DNA of 48,598 bases from a bacterium (lineage in GTDB: Bacteria > Patescibacteriota > Minisyncoccia > UBA6257 > GWB1-50-10): assembly GCA_021814165.1 (NCBI GenBank), contig JAKAIX010000001.1, positions 1 to 48,598 on the forward strand. The letters are read 5' to 3'. The notes under the pieces are model-generated. The model made no database searches. It was given only the letters and a program-made list of their open reading frames with translations, and was not told where the DNA came from. Positions 19,572 through 27,776 of the stretch are shown here, piece by piece (position 1 is the first letter of the stretch; each line of letters starts with the position of its first letter). The translations under genes were made by a program, and so were the position numbers.

Positions 19572-22050
19572 CGGACCACGTGAGGCATTTCCGGGGCTTT
19601 CCTCGAGAGAGGCCGCCGATCAGTTGCGCACATTCGGGGAAAATACCATCGCGAAAAGAAAGCGGTTCAGGCCGCTTATTGCGTTTTTCCAGAAGTTTGA
19701 GAGTCCGCTTCTCCTGCTTCTCATCGGCGCTTCCGTCGTTTCTTTCTTTGTGGGCGAACGCACGAATGCGGTCATTATTATCGTCATGGTGTTCGTATCC
19801 GCCGTACTTGATTTCGCGAATAGCTACAAATCCGAAAAGACCGTATTGAAGCTCCTCGAGCGGGTTACCACTACCGCGACCGTAATGCGGGACGGGCGGA
19901 AAAAAGAAATAAATCAGAAGGAAATCGTTCCGGGAGATATCGTGCTCCTCGCTGCCGGAGATGCGGTGCCTGCGGATGCCCGCGTTCTTGAGGCAAAGGA
20001 CTGCTTCGTAAATCAGGCGGCGCTCACGGGCGAATCATTCCCCGTTCCGAAGTATGCCGAAGAAGGAACGGATCGCGGCGGCGAAGCGCCGGCGGAGCAG
20101 CCCGATTTTGTGTGTATGGGCACGAATGTAGTGACGGGGTATGCCACGATTAAAGTGCTTCAGACGGGTTTTTCTACGGAGTTCGGAAAGATTGCCGCGC
20201 GCGTCTCCGCCGAAACGCTTCCGACGGAGTTTGAAAAAGGGATAAAAACGTTCAGCGCATTCATCATGCGTCTCACGTTCGTAATGGTCGGCTTCGTGTT
20301 TGTGGCGAACGCGCTCGTAGGGCACGGCGTTTTCGATTCCTTCGTGTTCGCGATTGCCATTGCGATCGGTCTCACGCCCGAGCTGCTTCCGGTCATCATG
20401 TCCGTGTCCCTAAGCAGGGGATCCCTCGAAATGGCAAAGAAGAACGTTATAGTGAAAAACCTTTCTTCGATCGAGAGTTTCGGCAGCATGAATGTGCTTT
20501 GTACCGACAAGACGGGAACGCTTACCGAAGACAGGATTACGCTTGTGCAATATGTCGATTGTTTCGGAAATGTTGCGGAAGACGTATTCACTCATGCGTA
20601 CGTAAGCAGTTTTTTCCATACGGGCATCAAGAGCCCTCTTGATAAGGCGATTCGCGAGCATAAGTCGGTCGAGACCGGCGCGTATAAAAAGATCGACGAG
20701 GTGCCGTTCGATTTTGAACGGAAGCGCGACTCGATAATATACAAGAAGGAAGGGGTATGTACGCTTGTCACAAAAGGAGCTCCCGAGGACATACTTTCCA
20801 TCGCTACCGCGTTCAATGAAAAAGGGACGAAGAAAGTGTTTACCGTTGCCGTGAGGAACGCGGCTCTCGCCGAGTTCGAAAAATTAAGCGGCGAAGGATT
20901 CAGGGTGCTCGCGGTCGCCGAAAAAGAGGTTTCGGAAAAAGGAAAATATACGAAGGAAGACGAAATAGACATGAATTTCCTCGGTTTCATGGCATTCTAC
21001 GATCCGCCGAAGAGTACGGCATCCTCCGCTATCAAGGATCTGGAAGAGCTTGGAATAGAAGTAAAAATTCTGACGGGCGACAACGAGATCCTGACCCAAA
21101 GGATTTGTCACGAAATCAACTTGCCGGTGAAAGGGACGCTGAAAGGTCCTGAAATCATAATGATGAATGATGAAGAACTCCTCAGGAGAGCGCGCATGAC
21201 GACGATCTTCGCGCGCATTACGCCGGACGAGAAAGAACGCATCATTCTCACTTTGAAAAAAGCGGGATATTCCGTGGGGTATCTCGGCGATGGCATTAAC
21301 GATGCGCCCGCCCTGAAAGCCGCCGATGTGGGGCTTTCGGTCAATAATGCCGTCGACGTGGCGAAGGAAACGGCAGACATCATTCTTCTCGAAAAAAGCT
21401 TGCGGGTATTGCATGACGGCATCACGGAAGGCAGAAAAACGTTCGCGAATACAATGAAATACATCATGATGGGCTTGAGTTCCAATTTCGGGAATATGTT
21501 CTCGATGATGGGCGCTTCGCTTATTCTTCCGTTTCTGCCGATGCTGCCGCCGCAGATACTTCTGAATAACTTCCTCTACGATACCTCGCAGCTTACCCTT
21601 GCGACGGACGCGGTGGACGGAAATCTCGTGAAGAAACCGCCGCGATGGGATATTAAGTTCGTAAAGAAGTTTATGATCGTCTTCGGACCGATAAGTTCCA
21701 TCTTCGACTTCGCCACATTCGGTCTGTTGCTTCTCGTATTCCGCCTCCCGGAGTCCCAATTCCAGACGGGATGGTTTATCGAATCGCTTGCGACGCAAGT
21801 GTTCGTAATCTATATCATACGAACACGGCTCATTCCCTTCATGCAAAGCAGACCGAGCAGACCGCTTTTCCTGAATACGCTGCTTGTCGTAGTGATAGGT
21901 TGGGTGATCCCGTTCGTGGGATTGGGAGCGTTCTTCTCGTTCACGTCGCTGCCGCTTTCGGTGCTTCTCGGTATCGCGGGAATCGTGCTCGCGTATCTTG
22001 TCGTGACGGAAGTGGCAAAGCGCGTGTTTTTTGCTAAAATGATTTTATGA
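19558..22050 (+). CDS. mgtA: Magnesium-translocating P-type ATPase (MgtA/MgtB family)
   Basis: TGES, 'TPELLP', DKTGTLT, 'GDGINDAPALK', 'SSNFGNMFSM', 'QILLNNFLYD'. Confidence 0.92.
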   Translation: MTPNSGPREAFPGLSSREAADQLRTFGENTIAKRKRFRPLIAFFQKFESPLLLLLIGASVVSFFVGERTNAVIIIVMVFVSAVLDFANSYKSEKTVLKLLERVTTTATVMRDGRKKEINQKEIVPGDIVLLAAGDAVPADARVLEAKDCFVNQAALTGESFPVPKYAEEGTDRGGEAPAEQPDFVCMGTNVVTGYATIKVLQTGFSTEFGKIAARVSAETLPTEFEKGIKTFSAFIMRLTFVMVGFVFVANALVGHGVFDSFVFAIAIAIGLTPELLPVIMSVSLSRGSLEMAKKNVIVKNLSSIESFGSMNVLCTDKTGTLTEDRITLVQYVDCFGNVAEDVFTHAYVSSFFHTGIKSPLDKAIREHKSVETGAYKKIDEVPFDFERKRDSIIYKKEGVCTLVTKGAPEDILSIATAFNEKGTKKVFTVAVRNAALAEFEKLSGEGFRVLAVAEKEVSEKGKYTKEDEIDMNFLGFMAFYDPPKSTASSAIKDLEELGIEVKILTGDNEILTQRICHEINLPVKGTLKGPEIIMMNDEELLRRARMTTIFARITPDEKERIILTLKKAGYSVGYLGDGINDAPALKAADVGLSVNNAVDVAKETADIILLEKSLRVLHDGITEGRKTFANTMKYIMMGLSSNFGNMFSMMGASLILPFLPMLPPQILLNNFLYDTSQLTLATDAVDGNLVKKPPRWDIKFVKKFMIVFGPISSIFDFATFGLLLLVFRLPESQFQTGWFIESLATQVFVIYIIRTRLIPFMQSRPSRPLFLNTLLVVVIGWVIPFVGLGAFFSFTSLPLSVLLGIAGIVLAYLVVTEVAKRVFFAKMIL

Positions 22051-22388
22051 CGTTCGAAGAATATGAGGCATTTTGTAAGAAACTCGCTTTGTACCCAAAA
22101 ACTCCCACGGTAGCGGGAAGAAGCATTGTCTATCCCGTGTTGGGGTTGGTAGGGGAAGCGGGAGAAATAGCCGAAAAGGTGAAGAAGCTCCTCCGCGACA
22201 AAAATGACACGCTTGACGAAGCCGCGAGGAGGGAAATAGGGAAAGAGCTGGGAGATGTGCTCTGGTATCTTTGCAGGTGTGCCGCCGAATTCGGATTCTC
22301 GTTTGAGGAAATAGCGAACATGAACGTCGAAAAACTAAGCTCTCGTCACGAGCGCGGCGTAGTGCACGGTGACGGTGATAATAGATAA
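22047..22388 (+). CDS. MazG-like nucleotide pyrophosphohydrolase
   Basis: 'LGLVGEAGEIAEKVKK...ELGDVLWY...N..KL'. Confidence 0.88.
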   Translation: MTFEEYEAFCKKLALYPKTPTVAGRSIVYPVLGLVGEAGEIAEKVKKLLRDKNDTLDEAARREIGKELGDVLWYLCRCAAEFGFSFEEIANMNVEKLSSRHERGVVHGDGDNR

Positions 22389-22392
22389 TTAT

Positions 22393-23094
22393 ATGTCAGA
22401 AGGTCAAAAACAAAACGGAAGCATCTTAAACGTCACAAGAGCGGACCAGTATCATACGGTTGAAGAGCTCTTCAGGAAGAGCGAGCCAAACTCCGTTTAT
22501 TATGCGTTGCTTATAATTTCGGTCTTCATTATCGCGTCAGGACTCCTTCTTGGAAATTCGGCGATCGTGATAGGAGGAATGCTTGTGACGCCGCTTTTGA
22601 CGCCGATCCTCGTCATCGCGCTTTCTTTCATAGTGGGAAATTTCAGGGCGATCCGGAACACGAGCATTATCATGACGAAATCCTTCTTGTTGGTAATAGC
22701 CGTCTCGGGTCTCCTCGCGTTTGTATTCGGCGCGCCGAAGAATATTGAGATGCTCGAAAATACCATGCGTACGGCGGTGCTGTATTTTATCGTGGCGATC
22801 GCGGCCGGAATGGCAGGCACTTTCGCATGGACAAGAAAAGATGTCGCCGAGGTGCTTCCGGGTATCGCCATTGCGGTGTCACTGGTGCCCCCCTTGGCGC
22901 TTATGGGAATATGGCTGAGTTCTCTCAACTTCGACGCGGTGCGTTTTTCTTTTCTCGTTTTTCTTTTTAACTTTCTCGGCATTCTGGTGGGGAGCGTGGC
23001 GGCATTCATACTCATGAAATTTCATCGGGCCGAGAGACTGATTGAAGAAAAAGCGGAGATACAAGTCGAAGAAGCGGCCAAAAAGGAGAAATAA
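22393..23094 (+). CDS. DUF389 / TIGR00341-like membrane protein
   Basis: 'SAIVIGGMLVTPLLTP', 'LPGIAIAVSLVPPL'; about seven TM helices. Confidence 0.85.
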   Translation: MSEGQKQNGSILNVTRADQYHTVEELFRKSEPNSVYYALLIISVFIIASGLLLGNSAIVIGGMLVTPLLTPILVIALSFIVGNFRAIRNTSIIMTKSFLLVIAVSGLLAFVFGAPKNIEMLENTMRTAVLYFIVAIAAGMAGTFAWTRKDVAEVLPGIAIAVSLVPPLALMGIWLSSLNFDAVRFSFLVFLFNFLGILVGSVAAFILMKFHRAERLIEEKAEIQVEEAAKKEK

Positions 23095-23096
23095 TA

Positions 23097-23423
23097 ATGA
23101 ATATTCCGTTCGATGATTTTCAGAAGCTTGATCTGCGGATTGCGAAGATACTTGAAGCGTCGCGTATTGAAGGATCGGAGAAACTGTTGAAACTTGCGAT
23201 TGATATAGGCGACGAAAGACGACAGCTGGTAGCCGGCGTTGGGAAAGTATATGAACCCGAATCGCTCATCGGAAGAGAGATTGTAATTGTTGCGAACCTT
23301 GAGCCGAGAGTCATGATGGGATTCGAGAGCCAGGGAATGCTCCTCGCCGCACACGATGAGAACGGAAATCCGGTGCTTTTGATGCCGGAGAAAGAAACGC
23401 CGCCGGGAAGCATTATTACATAA
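23097..23423 (+). CDS. tRNA-binding OB-fold protein (CsaA/Trbp111/MetG C-terminal-like)
   Basis: 'FDDFQKLDLRIAKI', 'KLLKL', 'VANLEPR', 'ESQGMLLAA'. Confidence 0.9.
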   Translation: MNIPFDDFQKLDLRIAKILEASRIEGSEKLLKLAIDIGDERRQLVAGVGKVYEPESLIGREIVIVANLEPRVMMGFESQGMLLAAHDENGNPVLLMPEKETPPGSIIT

Positions 23424-23557
23424 AATTCCAAATCCTAAGCACCAAATCCCAAACAAATTCCAATGACAGAAATTTCAAATTCAAAACACGTGTTTCGATC
23501 ATTGTGATTTTGTATTTTGGTCATTATTTAGGATTTAGAAATTAGAGTTCGGGATTT
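23424..23557. repeat. Imperfect inverted array of short AAAT(C/T)CC-type units
   Basis: Left arm carries AAATCCTAA, AAATCCC and AATGAC; right arm carries the complements GTCATT, TTAGGATTT and GGGATTT. Confidence 0.55.
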
Positions 23558-23565
23558 TTTACTAT

Positions 23566-24417
23566 ATGTCTCGTCCGAAAATAGGCGCTCACGTATCCGC
23601 GGCAGGGGGACTTTGGACCGCATTCGATCGGGCGAACGCGATCGGAGCCGAATGCATTCAGATATTCGGATCGACGCCTCGTTCCTGGAGCGTAAAACTT
23701 CCGAATCCGGCAGAGGTGCGCAAATTCAGGGAAACTGCGAAACGCACGGCAATCGGTCCGATATATCTTCATGCGCCCTATCTCATAAATCTCGGAAGCG
23801 GGGAGAAACGTCTCTTTGGCGCGTCTCAGGCGTCCTTGAAGGGCCATTTGAAGATCGCGGAGATGCTCGGTGCGAAAGGCGTTATTTTCCATATCGGTTC
23901 TGCGAAGGGAAGCACGAAGGGAAAAGCGATCCCGCAGATTGCTTCGTCTTTGAAGGCAATCTTAAGAGAAATTTCGGGGAAAAGCCTTTTAATTCTTGAA
24001 AACGCGGCGGGGGGAGGCGACAAAATAGGAGCAGTCCCGGAAGAAATCGCGGATATTTTGAAACGAATCGGGAACACGAGAGCGAAAGTGTGTCTTGATA
24101 CCGCGCACGCATTTGAAGCGGGGATTATCTCGGAATATACTCCTCCGGGAGTCGCGAAATTATGCAAAGAGTGGGATGCCGTAATTGGGCTTGAGCGGAT
24201 TGTCGCGTTGCATGCAAATGACTCGAAAACGGCGTATAATTCACATAACGACCGACACGAAAATATTGGCGAGGGACATATCGGACTTCTTGGATTTAAA
24301 GCGCTCGCGAAAGAAAAACGGCTGTGGAATAGGGATTGGATTTTAGAAGTCCCGGGAAATGACCATGAAGGCCCGAATAAAGAGAATGTCGATCGCTTAA
24401 AATCATGTTTTTCTTAA
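23566..24417 (+). CDS. nfo: Endonuclease IV (AP endonuclease)
   Basis: 'IGAHVSAAGG', 'HAPYLINL', 'LENAAG', 'CLDTAHAF', 'LHANDSK', 'DRHENIGEGHIG'. Confidence 0.95.
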   Translation: MSRPKIGAHVSAAGGLWTAFDRANAIGAECIQIFGSTPRSWSVKLPNPAEVRKFRETAKRTAIGPIYLHAPYLINLGSGEKRLFGASQASLKGHLKIAEMLGAKGVIFHIGSAKGSTKGKAIPQIASSLKAILREISGKSLLILENAAGGGDKIGAVPEEIADILKRIGNTRAKVCLDTAHAFEAGIISEYTPPGVAKLCKEWDAVIGLERIVALHANDSKTAYNSHNDRHENIGEGHIGLLGFKALAKEKRLWNRDWILEVPGNDHEGPNKENVDRLKSCFS

Positions 24418-24430
24418 GTTTTATTATTCG

Positions 24431-24532
24431 TCCCGCACCGCATTACTCCTCAGCTCGGGCGCTCCGGGCCGCCTGCCTGCGCAGGCAGGCTTGGCCAAGT
24501 CCTACCCTCGTTCGGAGGAACGCGGTGCGGAA
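24431..24532. repeat. Nested palindromic element with CCGCACCGC/GCGGTGCGG ends and a central perfect 20-bp palindrome
   Basis: CCGCACCGC 24433-24441 / GCGGTGCGG 24522-24530; TCCTC/GAGGA; GCCTGCCTGCGCAGGCAGGC 24471-24490. Confidence 0.7.
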
Positions 24533-24599
24533 CTAAAAAGGAAACATATTAAAATCTCACACTTTCAAGCGATCTGCGAGAAAATGAGGAACAACAAAA

Positions 24600-24818
24600 A
24601 TGAAACTATTCGTAACTGTAAAACCTAAGGCAAAAAAGAAGAGCGTAATGAAGATCGACAGAACCCACTATGTGGTCGCGGTGACGGTTCCGCCGGAAGC
24701 GGGAAAAGCGAATAGTGCCGTACGTGATGCGCTTGCCGAATTTTTGGATGTTCCGAAATCGAGAATGGTACTCTCATCGGGTGAGAAGTCGAGGGAAAAG
24801 ACATTCGAGATACTATGA
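24600..24818 (+). CDS. DUF167 / YggU family protein
   Basis: 'VTVKPKAKK', 'PPEAGKANSAV', 'SGEKSREK'. Confidence 0.9.
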   Translation: MKLFVTVKPKAKKKSVMKIDRTHYVVAVTVPPEAGKANSAVRDALAEFLDVPKSRMVLSSGEKSREKTFEIL

Positions 24819-25099
24819 GTTTCAGGGAAAGGGTCATAGGAACGGTAAGAAAAATCCCAAGAGGCGCAACCGCAAGTTACAAACAGGTTGCCGAAGCGGC
24901 AGGAAGTCCCGGAGCATACCGCGCGGTAGGAACTATTCTTAGGGAGAACAGCGATCGGAGCGTACCGTGCCACAGAGTAATCCATTCCGACGGATCCCTT
25001 GGAGGATATAACGGAATGAAAGGAAGGAAAGAAATTTTGCTTCGAAAAGAAGGAGCGTTGTTGCCGGACGGAACATGGAAGAAGATCAAAAGAAAATAA
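24815..25099 (+). CDS. Single-domain O6-alkylguanine-DNA alkyltransferase (MGMT family)
   Basis: 'IPRGATASYKQVA', 'YRAVG', active-site 'PCHRV'. Confidence 0.88.
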   Translation: MSFRERVIGTVRKIPRGATASYKQVAEAAGSPGAYRAVGTILRENSDRSVPCHRVIHSDGSLGGYNGMKGRKEILLRKEGALLPDGTWKKIKRK

Positions 25100-25347
25100 A
25101 AGAACGGACGACGGAGTTAAAGAAAGAAGTCCGAGAAAGAACCGTGGGGTATATTGTAGCGGCTCTCGGGCTCGTTGCGGGTCTCGCATGGAATGATGCG
25201 GTGAAATCACTTATCGAGTATTTCTTCCCGCTCCAGCAAAACACGGTCTTCGCGAAGTTCTTGTACGCGTTGTTCATCACGTTCGTGATTGTACTGGTAA
25301 GTATTTATCTTACGCGGCTCGCAAAGGGGAACGATAAGGGAAAATAA
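25075..25347 (+). CDS. DUF5654-like small membrane protein
   Basis: 'AALGLVAGLAWNDAVKSLI...KFLYALFIT'; two TM helices. Confidence 0.75.
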   Translation: MEEDQKKIKERTTELKKEVRERTVGYIVAALGLVAGLAWNDAVKSLIEYFFPLQQNTVFAKFLYALFITFVIVLVSIYLTRLAKGNDKGK

Positions 25348-25416
25348 AACACCTCGTCGCAAGCGATGGGGTGTTTCGCGAATAATGAGCCGAGATCTGC
25401 CTGTTTCGCTCGCTTG

Positions 25417-25499
25417 TGCCGAGGGAGGGACTTGAACCCTCAAGGGACATGCCCACACGATTTTGAGTCGTGCGCGTATACCAATTCCGCCACCTCGGC
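25417..25499 (-). tRNA. tRNA-Leu(CAA)
   Basis: Minus strand reads GCCGAGGTGGCGGAATTGGTATACGCG-CACGA-CT-CAA-AA-TCGTG-(long variable arm)-GAGGGTTCAAGTCCCTC-CCTCGGC-A. CCA is not encoded. Confidence 0.95.
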
Positions 25500-25514
25500 A
25501 TCCCAAATACTCCG

Positions 25515-25543
25515 TTGATGGTGCCACAAAAAAGCCGTATAGT
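25515..25543 (+). promoter_or_regulatory. sigma70-type promoter of parA
   Basis: TTGATG-N17-TATAGT, 7 nt before ATG 25551. Confidence 0.6.
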
Positions 25544-25550
25544 AAATACA

Positions 25551-26471
25551 ATGGCACGTGTTATAGCAGTATGTAATCAGAAAGGCGGGGTGGGAAAAAC
25601 GACCACCGCGATGAATCTTGCGGCGTATCTCGCGATGCTCGGAAAGCGGGTGCTTCTTATCGATTTTGATCCGCAGTACAATGCGACTTCCGGACTTGGC
25701 GTCGAACATGCGCCGGATGAGACGATCTATCACGTGCTCTTGGGAGGCCAAGCGCACGAACGCGCGATCAGGAGAAGCTATCTCGCGAACCTCGAAGTAG
25801 TGCCGGCATCGCCCGATTTGGCAGGAGCGCTCGTTGAACTCGTAAATCTTCCGGAGCGGGAGTGGTATCTGAGCCGCTTTGTGGCAAAAATTCGCGACTG
25901 GTATGATTTTGTTTTTATTGATCTCGGCCCGAGTTTGAATCTTCTTACGGTGAACGGACTCCTTGCCGCTGATGAGGTGTTGATTCCGGTGCAGTGCGAA
26001 TATTACAGCTTGGAGGGATTAACCCAGCTTCTGCAGAGCATCGAACTTATTAAAGATAATCTTGGGCACGCGCTGAATTCGATAAACGCTTTAATTACGA
26101 TGTATGACAAGCGAGAGAAACTTTCTCGCGAGATTGCGCGTGAGGTGCGTCGCCGTTTTCCGTATCGCGTGTACGAGGCGGAGATTCCCCGATCGGTAAG
26201 CTTGGCGGAAGCGCCCAGTTACCAGAAACCGATCATGCTCTATGCGCCGCAGAGTCCAGGCGCGCTCGCCTATGAACAACTTGCGGAAGAGATTCTTGGC
26301 GGCAGTACCGAAAAAGTGATGGGAACGCATCCTCCAATGCGTCCCGTGGAACGGAAACTCGCACCGCTTGAAAATGAGGTGCGGCTCTTAAACGAAGAGC
26401 TGGAAATGCTGGAGGAACCCCCGTTTGAGCTGCCGCTCGATGCGCCGTATCCGTTTGACATTGTGAGGTAG
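25551..26471 (+). CDS. parA: Chromosome partitioning ATPase ParA/Soj
   Basis: Deviant Walker A 'NQKGGVGKTT', 'IDFDPQYNAT', 'IPVQCEYYSLEGL', 'IPRSVSLAEAPS'. The ORF-track start (25470) overlaps tRNA-Leu and was trimmed. Confidence 0.95.
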   Translation: MARVIAVCNQKGGVGKTTTAMNLAAYLAMLGKRVLLIDFDPQYNATSGLGVEHAPDETIYHVLLGGQAHERAIRRSYLANLEVVPASPDLAGALVELVNLPEREWYLSRFVAKIRDWYDFVFIDLGPSLNLLTVNGLLAADEVLIPVQCEYYSLEGLTQLLQSIELIKDNLGHALNSINALITMYDKREKLSREIAREVRRRFPYRVYEAEIPRSVSLAEAPSYQKPIMLYAPQSPGALAYEQLAEEILGGSTEKVMGTHPPMRPVERKLAPLENEVRLLNEELEMLEEPPFELPLDAPYPFDIVR

Positions 26472-26813
26472 GATGATATGATTTTTTCGGTTCGTTTTGG
26501 TGCGATTGAGGATGCGGATTGCGAACGTCCGTACACGGCCGTTATGGGTGTACGTGAATCGGTTTTCATTCAATCCACGATGGACTAACGTATGTACGTT
26601 TCGCTGAAACAGGGGAATGCATGAGTCTCGGTAACAAACGTTCTTCTACTTCATATTTCGAGTTGCTCTTTGTTTATTATATTTATACATTGTCCTCGAA
26701 ATTTCTTTTGAAGGAACGGAATGCAGTTACAGAGGTTTAAGCGCCTCTGTTTTGGCTTTTTATAGGGAGATTAAAGAGTAGAGAAATGGGAGATTTTCCG
26801 TTATACTTTTTTT

Positions 26814-27749
26814 ATGTCGGCAGGTCAGGGACTTTCCTCTCTTATTCCCAAGAAAGGGGGAGAGGATCAAAAACAGGAGGTGAAAACGGAGGCGCACGGT
26901 ACGCCTCATGTTATGTATTCCGAAACGAAGAAGGAAGAGCCGCAGAAAGAAAAACCGCGGCAACACGAGTCCGTTTTTCAAATCGAAATCGAAAAAATAA
27001 AACCGAATCCGCTCCAGCCGCGTCACGAGTTCGATGAGGAGGGGATTAATGAGCTGGTGCAATCGATCCGGGAATTCGGCATCATCCAGCCGCTTGTGGT
27101 TTCAAAAATGACCGAGGAAACCGAACTCGGTACCCGTGTGTTCTACGAACTTATTGCCGGCGAGCGACGGTTTCGTGCCGCAAAGAAGCTCGGGCTCTCT
27201 CAGGTACCCGCGATTATTCGCGCAGTGGACGCGAGTCGCTCCAAGCTTGAAATGGCGCTCATCGAGAACCTCCAGCGGCGCGACCTCAATTCGATGGAAG
27301 CGGCGAAGGCGTATGCCCGTCTTGCGGAAGAATTCGGACTCACCCAGCGCGAGATTGCGGCGAAAGTCGGAAAAAGCAGGGAGACAATCGCGAATACGAT
27401 GCGTCTTTTGGGACTTCCGTCGGATATGCAGAGAGCGCTTCAGGAAAACAAAATCAACGAATCGCAGGGGCGGTTCCTTCTCGGGCTCGCCGATCTGAAT
27501 GTCCAGAGGGAAGCATTCCAGAATTTTTTGGAGGGGAAGAAAAACACCAGGGTGATGAGAGCAAAAAAAGAGGAAGAGAAACCCGCAAACCCCGAAGATG
27601 CGTACTGGGGAAAACGATTTGAAGAAACGCTGGGGATGCCTGTAAATATCCAGAGAAAAGGAACAAAGGGGAAGATTACCATCTCGTTTTATTCGGAAGA
27701 AGATTGGAACAAACTTTCCGAAAAGTTGCTCGGGGAAGAGAGAGAATAG
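26814..27749 (+). CDS. parB: Chromosome partitioning protein ParB/Spo0J
   Basis: N-terminal 'GLSSLIP' peptide, 'PNPLQPR', 'IAGERRFRA', 'ALIENLQRRDLN', HTH. Confidence 0.95.
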   Translation: MSAGQGLSSLIPKKGGEDQKQEVKTEAHGTPHVMYSETKKEEPQKEKPRQHESVFQIEIEKIKPNPLQPRHEFDEEGINELVQSIREFGIIQPLVVSKMTEETELGTRVFYELIAGERRFRAAKKLGLSQVPAIIRAVDASRSKLEMALIENLQRRDLNSMEAAKAYARLAEEFGLTQREIAAKVGKSRETIANTMRLLGLPSDMQRALQENKINESQGRFLLGLADLNVQREAFQNFLEGKKNTRVMRAKKEEEKPANPEDAYWGKRFEETLGMPVNIQRKGTKGKITISFYSEEDWNKLSEKLLGEERE

Positions 27750-27776
27750 GCTCTTTAAAGTTATTTTTAGGCTCGT

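Noticed and set aside
25470-25550. Extended ORF-track N-termini (parA 25470, RSH 29606, thyX 33446, 47155, hrcA 12778, xseA 18088)
   Set aside because: They run into tRNA, promoter, repeat or neighbouring-gene sequence. Downstream ATGs match family N-termini and/or promoter spacing.
26597-26611. parS-like CGTTTCGCTGAAACA between parA and parB
   Set aside because: It is one base short of, and mismatched to, the 16-bp TGTTTCACGTGAAACA consensus, so it cannot be supported as parS.
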